Of a stretch of DNA of 41,541 bases, positions 17,184-26,621 are shown piece by piece. The translations under genes were made by a program, and so were the position numbers. Below the pieces are notes generated by a model. The model saw nothing but the letters and a program-made list of their open reading frames with translations, had not been told where the DNA came from and ran no database searches. Each line of letters begins with the position of its first letter. The first letter of the stretch is position 1. The DNA is taken from IMG/VR virus record IMGVR_UViG_3300045988_128501. One strand, 5' to 3'. Source of the stretch: a virus.

Positions 17184-18134
17184 TTACCCGTCTACGCCAA
17201 CTTGCGCCTCACCAATTTCACCTTCGCCAACGACTCCGGTCTTTTCTGCTGCTACGCTTGCTGTCACCGTCGCCTTACCAGCCTTAACCGCCTTATTGGA
17301 GGCATCAGCTTCCACCACGCCGATCTCCTGACCGGTGGTCGCCTGGATGGCAGACATCCCGTTCCAGGGCGTCCAGCTAGACACGTCCTCGCCGTATTCT
17401 GCCGGGAGGGTAACGTCCGTGTTCACCTGGTACACATAGTGGTTCCCGTATGTAATGGGAGGCGCTACGGTAATTTCGGTTTCCCCAGACTCAGACCCTG
17501 CGGCGCTGGAAACCGTCAGTGTGCCCAGGGTCGGGTTAGGGTTTGTGATGTTCAGCGCATCCTTAATGGCTGCCTCCGCGTCGGCCTCGGTGTCCATGGG
17601 GGTGGACTGCATCTGCCAGCCGTGCTTGACGCTGTCATCTCGCATAACGGTAGCAGTCAACTCCTTGGCCTGCCACTCGATGGTCTCGCCCTGAGTGACA
17701 GCGGAAATGCCAGGGTTCGCAAACTGGATCTTGTTGAACACCACTGCAATCCACTTGGTCTGGCCGTTCTGCTTGGCCTTGATGATGCCGCCGAAACCAA
17801 CGTAAGGAATCGCCTGATCATCGTCGTAGACAATCCACTGGGGGCTAGAAGTGGTCACACCGTCCACATCCATGGCCTGCTGCTTGAGGCCAAGAATGGC
17901 CAGCATGGGCGTGGGGCGCAGATCGTCCGTGGACAGGGTGATGGTGCCGCCGGAAAACTGGTTGTCCGTTTCTGCCACGGCGTTGTCGGCGTAGAAGTTA
18001 TTGCTGTCCCCCTCTTCCAGTTCGAGGGTCAACTCGGTTGCCTTGCCGATCAGGCCGCCGTTGGAGTAGGTAACGGTGTTGCCATCGTTGCTGTAGATGG
18101 CGTAATAGGGTTTGGATAAACCGATGGTTGCCAT
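17184..18134 (-). CDS. Major tail protein (phi13-like) with C-terminal extension
   Basis: MATIGLSKPYYAIYSNDG... N-terminus typical of this family. Position. Confidence 0.8.
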   Translation of the reverse strand: MATIGLSKPYYAIYSNDGNTVTYSNGGLIGKATELTLELEEGDSNNFYADNAVAETDNQFSGGTITLSTDDLRPTPMLAILGLKQQAMDVDGVTTSSPQWIVYDDDQAIPYVGFGGIIKAKQNGQTKWIAVVFNKIQFANPGISAVTQGETIEWQAKELTATVMRDDSVKHGWQMQSTPMDTEADAEAAIKDALNITNPNPTLGTLTVSSAAGSESGETEITVAPPITYGNHYVYQVNTDVTLPAEYGEDVSSWTPWNGMSAIQATTGQEIGVVEADASNKAVKAGKATVTASVAAEKTGVVGEGEIGEAQVGVDG

Positions 18135-18140
18135 ATGCGA

Positions 18141-18599
18141 TCATCCTTTCACAATTTTTTCAAACTCTTGTTCTACGTATTCCGCCATTCTTTTTCTTGC
18201 TTGGGGACGACTAGCACGAAGTGCACGTTCAAAAAATGGTTGCTTGCTAGAAAAAGATGTGCCGCTATTAAAGGCATTTGCGACTTTCCTGTTCGCCTGC
18301 CCTCTTTTGTTGTATCCGGCAAACCCAACGCCGCCCTCAGTCCTGCCACCAACATTTGTGATTTCAAATGTTGTCAACCCATTTCGCAATCCGTCTTTTT
18401 GGAGTTCTCGACGCTTGGTCTCCCACGGGTCTTTTCCGTTTGTGCGAATGGTATTTATGTTTTTTCGTACAGCATCCGCAATGATTCCAGCTCCCTCATA
18501 CACTGCCTCTCCTGCGATATCATCAACATTTTCCCCCAGATCTCGAAGCATCGAAATGTAGGAATCAATAGCATTAGTCGTTACCTTAGCCTTCGGCAT
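18141..18599 (-). CDS. HK97 gp10-family tail-completion/neck protein
   Basis: Position and family-like sequence (GGVGFAGYNKRGQANRKVANAFNSG). Confidence 0.7.
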   Translation of the reverse strand: MPKAKVTTNAIDSYISMLRDLGENVDDIAGEAVYEGAGIIADAVRKNINTIRTNGKDPWETKRRELQKDGLRNGLTTFEITNVGGRTEGGVGFAGYNKRGQANRKVANAFNSGTSFSSKQPFFERALRASRPQARKRMAEYVEQEFEKIVKG

Positions 18600-18918
18600 C
18601 GTCTGTCACCTCCCAATACCATTCGTAATGGGTGAATCCCGTTTCCTCTTCGTACTGCGTGGAGTTCAGGACCCAGGCGATCCCGGCGGCGTCAAACGCT
18701 TCCTCTATCTGTTCCTTCCACGGGTCAAACTCCTGTTTGGTGTACAGATCTGTGTATCCGGTAACAGCCTTTTCCGCGTGAAGGTTACCCGCTTCCAGAT
18801 CGTTGGCTCCGGTTTCACCCCAAACGAAATACCGATCAGAGTGCAGTTTTTCGTTGTGGCTGACAGAATCCGTCACCGACGTGTGTGCAGAAATGATTGT
18901 TTCGTACCACCTCATCAT
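18586..18918 (-). CDS. Hypothetical neck/head-tail joining protein
   Basis: Position between the head-closure and gp10-like genes. Confidence 0.6.
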   Translation of the reverse strand: MMRWYETIISAHTSVTDSVSHNEKLHSDRYFVWGETGANDLEAGNLHAEKAVTGYTDLYTKQEFDPWKEQIEEAFDAAGIAWVLNSTQYEEETGFTHYEWYWEVTDDAEG

Positions 18919-19298
18919 GGCACCTCGAATTCTTGTTCTATTTTGGCGAGGGTGATGTCAACGGATTCCGGCCATACATCCATCACGGACTGCACTAGAT
19001 CAACGCGGTACTGACGTCCATCCTCTGTGATCGCGACATTTTGGTTGTTCACATTTCCGACGCGCTGCGTCCTGATTACCCGCTCAATGTCCACCTGGTT
19101 TTGCCGGCCGCTATAGTAGCGTTGGATTCCCAAACGCTGCTCTTCGTAGCGAAGGGAAACCTTTTTCGTCAGCTTAGGTTCTGGCTGATATCCAGGACGC
19201 GCAGCATCCTCCACAGAATAGATGGTCACAACCCCGTCGTTGTAACTCTGGGTGACCTGGTTACTGGGACGATACGGTGCCTTCCACGGCTGGGACAT
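18915..19298 (-). CDS. Head closure / head-tail adaptor protein (SPP1 gp16-like)
   Basis: Position and size. VTIYSVEDAARPGY...RYEEQRLG pattern. Confidence 0.7.
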   Translation of the reverse strand: MSQPWKAPYRPSNQVTQSYNDGVVTIYSVEDAARPGYQPEPKLTKKVSLRYEEQRLGIQRYYSGRQNQVDIERVIRTQRVGNVNNQNVAITEDGRQYRVDLVQSVMDVWPESVDITLAKIEQEFEVP

Positions 19299-19587
19299 AC
19301 TCGCTCACCGCCTTTTGGTTCTGCATCCCGATGACAAGGGGCTGATAGTTGTTTTCAAACACATCGAGCGCTCCGTCTCTTGCGTACCGCACATATTCCA
19401 TCAAGAGAGTGCGCGGAAGCCCGTCCTCCATGTAGTCTGCCTCCCCGCCATATTTCAGATCCAGGTACACAGACCCCGCGGCGATGAGGCCGGACATTTT
19501 CGCGTCCGTTGCCTCATCGTCCCAGGTGATGTTCAGGTAGTTCTTTACATCGGCCAGCAACGTTTCAGGAATGTTTTCCCGTTGCAT
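19261..19587 (-). CDS. gp6-like head-tail connector protein
   Basis: LLADVKNYLNITWDDEATDAKMSGLIAAGSVYL is typical of the gp6-like DNA-packaging/connector family. Confidence 0.75.
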   Translation of the reverse strand: MQRENIPETLLADVKNYLNITWDDEATDAKMSGLIAAGSVYLDLKYGGEADYMEDGLPRTLLMEYVRYARDGALDVFENNYQPLVIGMQNQKAVSEYVPAVEGTVSSQ

Positions 19588-19598
19588 ACCATCACCCC

Positions 19599-20066
19599 TT
19601 AAGAGCTTGCCAGGATCCCAGCTGCACGAAGAGAAGCCAGCAGGCCGTTAAACTCTTCCATAGTAGGAGCTGCGGCTGCGTCTGCAACGGCAGCGGCCAT
19701 CTTCACGCCGCCCAGCGCGCTAGTGGTGGCAGCAGGAAGCGTATAAGAGGTGCCGGCAGGGCCCTGGGCCCCAGTATCGCCCTTGTCACCCTTAGCACCC
19801 TTCAAGTTTTTGAACGCGAACGCGAACACCTTCGCAGTGTCAGGGCCGGATGCAGACACGGTCACAGACGGAGTGCCAGTATTAGCGTCTACGGTAGCGG
19901 TAGGCGTTCCAAATCCAGCGGAAACACCGGCAGGGCCAGTTGCACCAGCAGCCCCGGCGGGTCCCTGTGGGCCGACCTGCTCATTCTGAACACCCTGTTC
20001 GAGCTTATTCATCTTCTCGGCGGTGATAAGATCACCATCGGTCCAAGTCGTGGGTGTATATGCCAT
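19599..20066 (-). CDS. Collagen-like repeat protein (putative capsid fibre/decoration)
   Basis: GPQGPAGAAGATGPAG and GAKGDKGDTGAQGPAG G-X-Y runs. Lies immediately after the major capsid gene. Confidence 0.7.
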   Translation of the reverse strand: MAYTPTTWTDGDLITAEKMNKLEQGVQNEQVGPQGPAGAAGATGPAGVSAGFGTPTATVDANTGTPSVTVSASGPDTAKVFAFAFKNLKGAKGDKGDTGAQGPAGTSYTLPAATTSALGGVKMAAAVADAAAAPTMEEFNGLLASLRAAGILASS

Positions 20067-20154
20067 CTGAAATCATCCTCTCTGGTTCAAGTCGTTCCAA
20101 TCCGTGCTCTTCCAATCTCCCCCGAGCCAACGAGCCCGGTATCAGCCGGGGGTG

Positions 20155-21654
20155 TTAACCCCCCGACTTGGTCACCGTAACAGTGTAAGATTTGTTCGCG
20201 GTACCATTCGCTGCGGTCACCTTCACGATCAGGGTGTTTGCGCCTTCCTTCCAGGTAACTGCTCGGCCATTCACGACGGGAGCGGCTGCATCGTCGCTGG
20301 GCCCCTGGTTCGTGATTTCGATGGTCGCATTTGCGTCTGCCGGGATTGCCATGACCGTGTTGGTAGCGTTGGTGGTAGACGCGGTATAGGTAGTAGTACC
20401 GGCCGCAAATGCGGGAGACAGGGTCAGACCGCCAATGCGGAGGTCTGCCAGAGTTGCAACATCGGATGCATCAGGGGCGTCTACCTGCTGCACCTTCCAC
20501 ACAGCGGGCTGAATGGCGGAAATATCCAAGACGAAGAAAGCGTTGTTGTCCATGGGGAAGCCGTTTGCGTAGCCCTTGATCAGGTATACACGCTCATCCT
20601 CCAGGAACCGGTAGTGGTCGGAGTACTCAATCCGGCCGTCTCGGGCGGAGCCGATAGCAGCAAAGTACTTGTACCCCAAGCCCATGATCGCCTGTCCCTG
20701 CTCCACGGCGGGAGACTGGATTACAGTCATGGGATAAGGCATCACATCGTTGGCGTAAGTACCGTTGGGGGTCATCATAGTGGTAGCGGGCATGATCTTC
20801 TGGAAATAGTCCACAGGATTGACCACCAGGATCACGTCACGCACATTTCTGGCCTTGCCATTAGGATCCACTGCCATCAGGGAGAGCAGATTACCCACAG
20901 TAGCAGGGGACAAGTCGGACACGGCCACAGGAGCCTTGACAGGGTACACGCCGCCGGTCACAGTCACGTTGTCGCCGACCTGGCGATTCATGCCGATGGG
21001 CATCTCGTTGCCGTCGCCAGCCACAATACCGGCCTCCAGACCGTTGGCATATGCCTCGTACAAAACCTGCCGCACAAAGCTATCCAGCCATTCAGGGCCC
21101 AGATCCAGCATGGCCTTGCAGACCGGCATAAAGGCGGACAGCTTGAGCAGGCCGGTGTCCACTTCCTTAAATCCGGATGTCAGTTCCCGGACGATCTCAT
21201 CACACAGCTGGCCCCAGGCAGCTTCCTGGTAGCCGTTGGTGTTCATCATCATCCGGATCGCGCCCCGGGTGTTGGTGAACTGGATATGGGACAGCAGAGG
21301 ATGGGAAGTCTGGAGTTCATCGAACACTGCGTCGATGACGGTCTCAGGCATCACCACATCCAGGTTATTCAGAGCCTGGCGGGGATCCTTTTCCTTCATA
21401 GCGCCGATGAGCTTCTGATAGAAAACCTTCTCCTTACTGGTGAGCTGGCGCACACCCCGGGCGGTCAGGACGGAGGTGTCAAGCCCCTGCTTCATCTCCT
21501 CCACCTGCTCGGCAGCTCTCTGCTGCACATCGTCGCCGATGTTCTGAATCATCTCGTCAAAGGCGACCGAGAATTCATCGGTGTTGCCATCTTTGATGGC
21601 CTGCTGAATTTTGGCCCGGATCTCGTCCCGGGTCAGAGCGTCGTTGTTTCTCAT
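20155..21654 (-). CDS. HK97-fold major capsid protein with N-terminal delta/scaffold domain and C-terminal cadherin-like beta-sandwich domain
   Basis: Follows the ClpP-like protease with no separate scaffold gene. The C-terminal LADLRIGGLTLSPAFAAGTTTYTASTTNATNTV...YTVTVTK matches the cadherin-like/Ig-like pattern. Confidence 0.85.
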   Translation of the reverse strand: MRNNDALTRDEIRAKIQQAIKDGNTDEFSVAFDEMIQNIGDDVQQRAAEQVEEMKQGLDTSVLTARGVRQLTSKEKVFYQKLIGAMKEKDPRQALNNLDVVMPETVIDAVFDELQTSHPLLSHIQFTNTRGAIRMMMNTNGYQEAAWGQLCDEIVRELTSGFKEVDTGLLKLSAFMPVCKAMLDLGPEWLDSFVRQVLYEAYANGLEAGIVAGDGNEMPIGMNRQVGDNVTVTGGVYPVKAPVAVSDLSPATVGNLLSLMAVDPNGKARNVRDVILVVNPVDYFQKIMPATTMMTPNGTYANDVMPYPMTVIQSPAVEQGQAIMGLGYKYFAAIGSARDGRIEYSDHYRFLEDERVYLIKGYANGFPMDNNAFFVLDISAIQPAVWKVQQVDAPDASDVATLADLRIGGLTLSPAFAAGTTTYTASTTNATNTVMAIPADANATIEITNQGPSDDAAAPVVNGRAVTWKEGANTLIVKVTAANGTANKSYTVTVTKSGG

Positions 21655-21660
21655 CTCGAA

Positions 21661-22356
21661 TCAATTCTCCTTTCTGTTGTCGAAAAGTTTCATGACGGGG
21701 TTGATAGGAACGGGCGTTTCTTTCCCGGGTTCCCCTTGGGGTTTCTCCTGCGCGGGTGCCTCAGAAAACACTCGCTGGATAATGTCTCGCTTGGCTGTCT
21801 GGGCTACAGGAACTGATGGGTCTGCGGTAATGGCCGTAGCAAGGCCGTACTCCAGCGCCTGCGCAGGCGTCAACCATGTCTCCGCCTCCATCAGCCGGCG
21901 GACGGTATCAGCATCCATACCGGCCCGCTCGACGAATGCATTGATTCCAACGTCGGTCATGAAATCCGCCTCATCCGCCGCAGCACGCAGGTCTTTGGCG
22001 TAGCCCTCGGCACTCATCATCACCTGGTGGAGGTAGTAGGCGGACAGGTTGGACGCAATCCTCTCATCGCCAGCCAGGAACGGATAGAGGGCCGCGCTGG
22101 CAACAAATCCGTCCCCATATGTCACAACCTTTGCCTGGTGTTGCCGGAGCGCGTTGTAAATAGCCCAGCCTTCCGATACGGATCCGCCATAGCTGTCGAT
22201 GTGAACGCGGATTTCGTCAACCTCGAGCAATTCAATTTCGTTCCGGATCCCATTTGCGGATACATCGCCATCAAAAAACTCGAATGGTACGATGTCGCCG
22301 AAAATGTAGATATCCGCCGCTCTATCGGCTTGCTGGATTGCATAGTAATTTCTCAC
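21661..22356 (-). CDS. ClpP-family head maturation protease
   Basis: IDSYGGSVSEGWAIYNAL and GFVASAA motifs (S14 family). Confidence 0.85.
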   Translation of the reverse strand: MRNYYAIQQADRAADIYIFGDIVPFEFFDGDVSANGIRNEIELLEVDEIRVHIDSYGGSVSEGWAIYNALRQHQAKVVTYGDGFVASAALYPFLAGDERIASNLSAYYLHQVMMSAEGYAKDLRAAADEADFMTDVGINAFVERAGMDADTVRRLMEAETWLTPAQALEYGLATAITADPSVPVAQTAKRDIIQRVFSEAPAQEKPQGEPGKETPVPINPVMKLFDNRKEN

Positions 22357-22362
22357 GTTGTA

Positions 22363-23538
22363 TCACTCCTTCCCCGTGCTTAGGTTTCGGGTAGCTTGTC
22401 CCATAGTGGAGATGTTCAGGGTCATAAAGTGCTCATTGCCCCACGGCTCTACAATCGGGGGCTGGTTTGCCGCCCGCAGCACGTCATTGATGGTGAATGC
22501 GCCGGACCCAACCAACTTTTCCACGTTGGCCGCGTTGGCGAAAATATCGAAGTGAATGATGCTGGAGGTATCAATCCGCAGGAAGTTCCCGCGGCTCCAA
22601 CCTTCATACCCGTACCGCTTCCGGTTGATTTCCTCTTGGAGTTGGTCCGCGAGAGGGTCGATGCAGTTTGTGAGGAAGCGTGTGTTGGCATCCGCTGTTC
22701 CCTCGACAGAGCCGTTGACCAACACGGACGGGATCAGGAACCCCCTTGCGGTAAAGTCGAAGATGTCCTCTATCATGGCTCTGATATCCCTTGTGTCCCT
22801 GCTGGCACCATAAGCCCCGCTGACGTTCTCGTAGGTGTATCCGTCGAACTCTGGCAGGATGGCTCCGTCGCTTTCCAAAAACGGCTTAACCTGGGCGGCG
22901 ATCATCTCCTGAAACTTCTCCGCCCACCCTTTGTCGCCCTGAGCGATTTGGTTCACATGAACCTTCCAGTGCTGGCCGTTCCCCCAGGTATACGCCTTCA
23001 TCGCCGCGGACACCATCCGCCAATAGGACTGGTACAAACCATCCAGGATCGGCTTCATGTTTGTTTGGTTCAGCTTCAAGTGGATGACGCTGTTTTCATA
23101 GAACGGATACTGAAATTGGTACTCATCCACTGTGACGCCGCTATACTCGTTTTGCCGGGATGGCCACAGTACCGGAGGTTCCCAGGTGTCCGCCACCACA
23201 AGCGAATCAAGGTCTCCGCGCTTCATCGTGTCTACCACCAGGGCTTCGTTATTCTGGTACAACCGGGCGACCAACTTGTGCAGGAACGCGCTGGAGTTTT
23301 GGTTCGTGTTCGGGGATACGTTCCACAGGTAGTACTCCCTCCCCTTTACCTCCTCGTTGGCTTGGAAGGTACGGAACTCGCACCGACCCAACGCATTGGC
23401 AACCATGTTCACGCAAACCCAGAAGGACAATTCGCGCACTTGGTATTCTTGCGCGGCTTCAAACAGTTCGCGGCAGGTCACCTCCACAGGGTCGGACTGA
23501 CTTCGTTCCCGAAGCCATCGAAAGAAATTGATTCCCAC
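22363..23538 (-). CDS. Portal protein (HK97 family)
   Basis: Size and position. GTG start with AGGAGG. Confidence 0.85.
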   Translation of the reverse strand: MGINFFRWLRERSQSDPVEVTCRELFEAAQEYQVRELSFWVCVNMVANALGRCEFRTFQANEEVKGREYYLWNVSPNTNQNSSAFLHKLVARLYQNNEALVVDTMKRGDLDSLVVADTWEPPVLWPSRQNEYSGVTVDEYQFQYPFYENSVIHLKLNQTNMKPILDGLYQSYWRMVSAAMKAYTWGNGQHWKVHVNQIAQGDKGWAEKFQEMIAAQVKPFLESDGAILPEFDGYTYENVSGAYGASRDTRDIRAMIEDIFDFTARGFLIPSVLVNGSVEGTADANTRFLTNCIDPLADQLQEEINRKRYGYEGWSRGNFLRIDTSSIIHFDIFANAANVEKLVGSGAFTINDVLRAANQPPIVEPWGNEHFMTLNISTMGQATRNLSTGKE

Positions 23539-23564
23539 CGGTTCGCCTCCTTTCGGTTTTACTT

Positions 23565-23605
23565 AAAAGAAAAGAGCCAACCGCCGATTGCTCGGTAGTT
23601 GGCTC
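23565..23605 (-). terminator. Intrinsic terminator-like hairpin between the Zn-ribbon gene and portal
   Basis: On the minus strand GAGCCAAC-16nt-GTTGGCTC is followed by TTTTCTTTT. Confidence 0.55.
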
Positions 23606-23846
23606 AATGGCTCAATGCTTTTTGATTGATACGCATCCGGTATTCGTTCACGGAGATAGTTCCCCGCTCCACATCACCCCAATCCGGGTCCCACAAAACC
23701 TCACCAGACCAGTCGCACTTCCGACCGTCAGGCAGTTTTCCCCGGCATCTGGTTAAGACCCCCCTGGCTCCCCGCTTCACTGGGTGCAGTTTCTTCCCAC
23801 ACCCCGGACAGCAGAACCAGGTCTGGCCATCAATTTCTTTTATCAT
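23604..23846 (-). CDS. Cysteine-rich zinc-ribbon protein (KTR-like)
   Basis: FCCPGCGKKLHPV...TRCRGKLPDGRKCDW. Confidence 0.7.
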   Translation of the reverse strand: MIKEIDGQTWFCCPGCGKKLHPVKRGARGVLTRCRGKLPDGRKCDWSGEVLWDPDWGDVERGTISVNEYRMRINQKALSH

Positions 23847-24136
23847 GGCGATGTCTCCTCAAAACACCCCATTTGGTTTACCTCAAAGCTGGCAGCATGA
23901 CGAATGTCCACTGTAAGATGGCACTCCGGATTGCATCTTTCACGAGCCCTCCGGTCACACTGATACAGGACAACTTGATCCGCTGAGGCGCTAACCGACG
24001 CTTCCAGCTCTGCAATCCGCGCCTCCCTGGATTTTACCGCTGACACCAGGAACGGGATACATCTCGAAAAGTCTTGTTTGGGACCTTCACACCACCCCGA
24101 ATAGCTTGGGCACTCGTTTTTGAATTGGCAGCTCAT
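23843..24136 (-). CDS. Cysteine-rich hypothetical protein (97 aa)
   Basis: Coupled by ATGA overlaps to TerL and to the Zn-ribbon gene. Confidence 0.65.
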   Translation of the reverse strand: MSCQFKNECPSYSGWCEGPKQDFSRCIPFLVSAVKSREARIAELEASVSASADQVVLYQCDRRARERCNPECHLTVDIRHAASFEVNQMGCFEETSP

Positions 24137-25860
24137 AGTTTGATCGCCCCCACTGGCGGCATTTCCACCGGCATCCCGTCCCCCAACGCTGGCTCAACAA
24201 CCATGCTGGCCACTAACGCCATAAACGGGTCTGTCTTTCGACTTCTTGCTTCAATTTTGGCGTAAATGAAATTTCCTGTATCCACGCCAAGCTTTCGGCT
24301 GCTTGCCACCCGCTTTGTGTTGTTTACCGCCCACCGAAGGCACGGGTTGTCCCCCCAGTGGAACAGACCACGGTCAAAGCACTCTTGAATGACTGGTTCC
24401 ACCTGCATGATGTCAGACGGACGAATCATCTTGACCCGGGTCTTGTCCGCTGCGTCGAAGCCGATCTTCCGCAGACTCTCCGAAACCAACGTCCACCTGT
24501 AGTGGTCCATAGCAAGCATCTTCAAGTTATATTTCTCCGCCGCCTTGGCGATGTATTGGGCCAGCAAATCCGGATGAATGGACACATCGTCTACCGCCGT
24601 AACAAACCCGCGTTCAGCCCATTCCCTCCACGGAGCCTTCACACGGCTCAGCATTCTGGACTGTAAACACATCCAGGCGTGGTTGATGTCGTATCGCTCT
24701 GCCCCTCTGCGAAAGTGCAGATTCACCGCCGCCCAGTCGGACAGCTCGGCATAGTCTATCCCGACGGTGCAGGACCATCCCTGAAGATCTGGGACCGTTT
24801 GGTTTGTGGCCTTGACCTTCTCATAATCGGTCACCGCAATCTCCTTAAACCCCGCTCGGATCCCCATTCGCTTGGTAATGAAGTCTCCGTTCTGCTCCGG
24901 GTGGTCTTTCCAATCCCGGTACTCGTCCGCGATCTCTTGCTGGAGGTGCGGCATGTAGTACAACGACGGATTTGCCATGAACCAGTTTTCTGGATCGTGA
25001 ACTTGGTCCTTAGACTCCAGGCAGCAGATGAAGGGAAGAAACCCATTGTCCTCCTCTCCTTCAAACAGGATCCTTCGTCCTCTGGCCAGATAATCGTCCA
25101 GCGGTCCATCCGAAACTTCCCCGTTGGAGGTGAAGATTCCGACGCGCGGCTGGGCCACCTTCCCTTGGCCGGTGATAAACACCTTGATATTGTCGTAGTT
25201 CTCGAAGGCGTGGACCTCATTGAACACAACTTTGCCAGAGCGCATACCATCCCGGCCTTTCGGATTATTGGTCCGTCCCTTCATAACCCCTTTGTTCTTT
25301 CGACCTTGGATCAGTTCCTTGGTATGGTAGTAGTGCTTTCTCAGCTTGCTTTCCCACTTCGGCGTCTCCAAAACCTCTGCCAGATCCTTGACGGGCGTGA
25401 CGGCCTGTTCCTCGTTGTTGGCGCAGATGTCAACATTGTAGTGGGCGACCGGATTGTACGGAGAGATGGAACACGCGGAATCGAACGCAATGAATCCGTC
25501 CTTCCCTGCGCCACGGCCCACCATACAGAGAACCGTTTTCCATCGCGGCGTCCCATCCGCTTTGTAGGTGCAGTCCCAAAGCGTGAGAAGGAACTCCTCC
25601 CAGGGGAAGAGCCGGTCATAGGGGAAGTACTTGACCAGCCCAAGGTAACGCCCTAGCTGCTCACGATCCACATAAACGTCCTCCTGAGCAAACACACGCC
25701 GAACATAAGCCGCCAACGCATGCTGCTCCCGGCAGGCCCGCGGGCAATCCTGCTCCACACTCTCTAAATACCCAAGGACCTCTTTGGGGATCTCACAGGG
25801 CATCGTCATCACCACCGGATGGTTTTGCGTTGAGCGCCTGATCCTGGAATCCGAGGGCAC
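24133..25860 (-). CDS. terL: Terminase large subunit (start may be ATG at 25809 or 25803 rather than GTG at 25860)
   Basis: Walker A-like MVGRGAGKD. Size and position after TerS. Confidence 0.85.
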   Translation of the reverse strand: MPSDSRIRRSTQNHPVVMTMPCEIPKEVLGYLESVEQDCPRACREQHALAAYVRRVFAQEDVYVDREQLGRYLGLVKYFPYDRLFPWEEFLLTLWDCTYKADGTPRWKTVLCMVGRGAGKDGFIAFDSACSISPYNPVAHYNVDICANNEEQAVTPVKDLAEVLETPKWESKLRKHYYHTKELIQGRKNKGVMKGRTNNPKGRDGMRSGKVVFNEVHAFENYDNIKVFITGQGKVAQPRVGIFTSNGEVSDGPLDDYLARGRRILFEGEEDNGFLPFICCLESKDQVHDPENWFMANPSLYYMPHLQQEIADEYRDWKDHPEQNGDFITKRMGIRAGFKEIAVTDYEKVKATNQTVPDLQGWSCTVGIDYAELSDWAAVNLHFRRGAERYDINHAWMCLQSRMLSRVKAPWREWAERGFVTAVDDVSIHPDLLAQYIAKAAEKYNLKMLAMDHYRWTLVSESLRKIGFDAADKTRVKMIRPSDIMQVEPVIQECFDRGLFHWGDNPCLRWAVNNTKRVASSRKLGVDTGNFIYAKIEARSRKTDPFMALVASMVVEPALGDGMPVEMPPVGAIKL

Positions 25861-26155
25861 GCCAGATGTTTAACATCTGGGAAGAGATTCGAGCGATCTT
25901 CTCCACGCTCTTATTGTCTGTGGTTCCCTTCTGGTTGGCGCCGTTCTGGTACTCCACATACACCCCGCGTTCCGCGATGTCTTCAGCCAGCATTTTTTCC
26001 AGACACCACAGACTCATGTACTCGTTGACCTTATCCACATAAGGCCGGCTCACCAGCCCGCGAGCTTGAAGATCCTCCAGCAGATCCTCGCGAAGCTGCT
26101 TGTAGTCCGAAGTCTTTTCGTAAACCGCGCACAGACCGGATGCTTTTTTCGGCAT
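25793..26155 (-). CDS. terS: Terminase small subunit (P27 family)
   Basis: Family-like sequence (VDKVNEYMSLWCL...YQNGANQKGTTDNKS). Position between HNH and TerL. Confidence 0.8.
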   Translation of the reverse strand: MPKKASGLCAVYEKTSDYKQLREDLLEDLQARGLVSRPYVDKVNEYMSLWCLEKMLAEDIAERGVYVEYQNGANQKGTTDNKSVEKIARISSQMLNIWRALGFQDQALNAKPSGGDDDAL

Positions 26156-26250
26156 GTTATCACCTCACCTATACGCATAGTATAAAATATACAGAAAGGA
26201 CTGCACCCTTGACGACCGGCCATTTTCAACCTCGACTCGTTTTTTTGAGA

Positions 26251-26258
26251 GGGGGGGG
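26251..26258. repeat. G8 homopolymer in the HNH-terS intergenic region
   Basis: gagaGGGGGGGGtgc. Confidence 0.9.
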
Positions 26259-26270
26259 TGCAAAATTTTT

Positions 26271-26612
26271 TCAATCCCATCGCTCCTCCGTCAGCCACAC
26301 TTTTCGCGAAGGAAATTTTTTCTGCGATTCAGGATGCAAAGCCTCATGGCATTTTTTACAAACGCATTCGAGGTTCCTCTTTCCATTCTCATCGAACACA
26401 CTCAACGCAAGGTCAGGCCTGTCCTTGAGATGGTTTATATGGTGTACGATATACCCTTTAGTATATCTACCTTTCTTCCTGCACTCTTGACATTCGAAAT
26501 GATCGAGCTTGAGCACTTCAGCTTTCAACCTCCTCCACTCCGGCCAGGAGTAGAAGGCATCCGCGTTGTCTGCAGCAACCATCCCGGAGAGTTCTTGTAG
26601 GGTGTGAGGCAT
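26271..26612 (-). CDS. HNH endonuclease (terminase-associated type)
   Basis: CQECRKKG...VHHINHL...CKKCHEALH. Adjacent to terS/terL, as in HK97-like cos phages. Confidence 0.85.
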   Translation of the reverse strand: MPHTLQELSGMVAADNADAFYSWPEWRRLKAEVLKLDHFECQECRKKGRYTKGYIVHHINHLKDRPDLALSVFDENGKRNLECVCKKCHEALHPESQKKFPSRKVWLTEERWD

Positions 26613-26621
26613 AATATCATT

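Noticed and set aside
20104-21816. Very long plus-strand ORFs antisense to structural genes (20104-21816, 22396-23598, 17133-18119, 24679-25656, 5921-6673 and others)
   Set aside because: They lie exactly opposite well-supported capsid, portal, tail and terminase genes. They lack RBSs and have low-complexity G/R/H/V-rich translations. These are typical shadow ORFs in GC-rich coding DNA.
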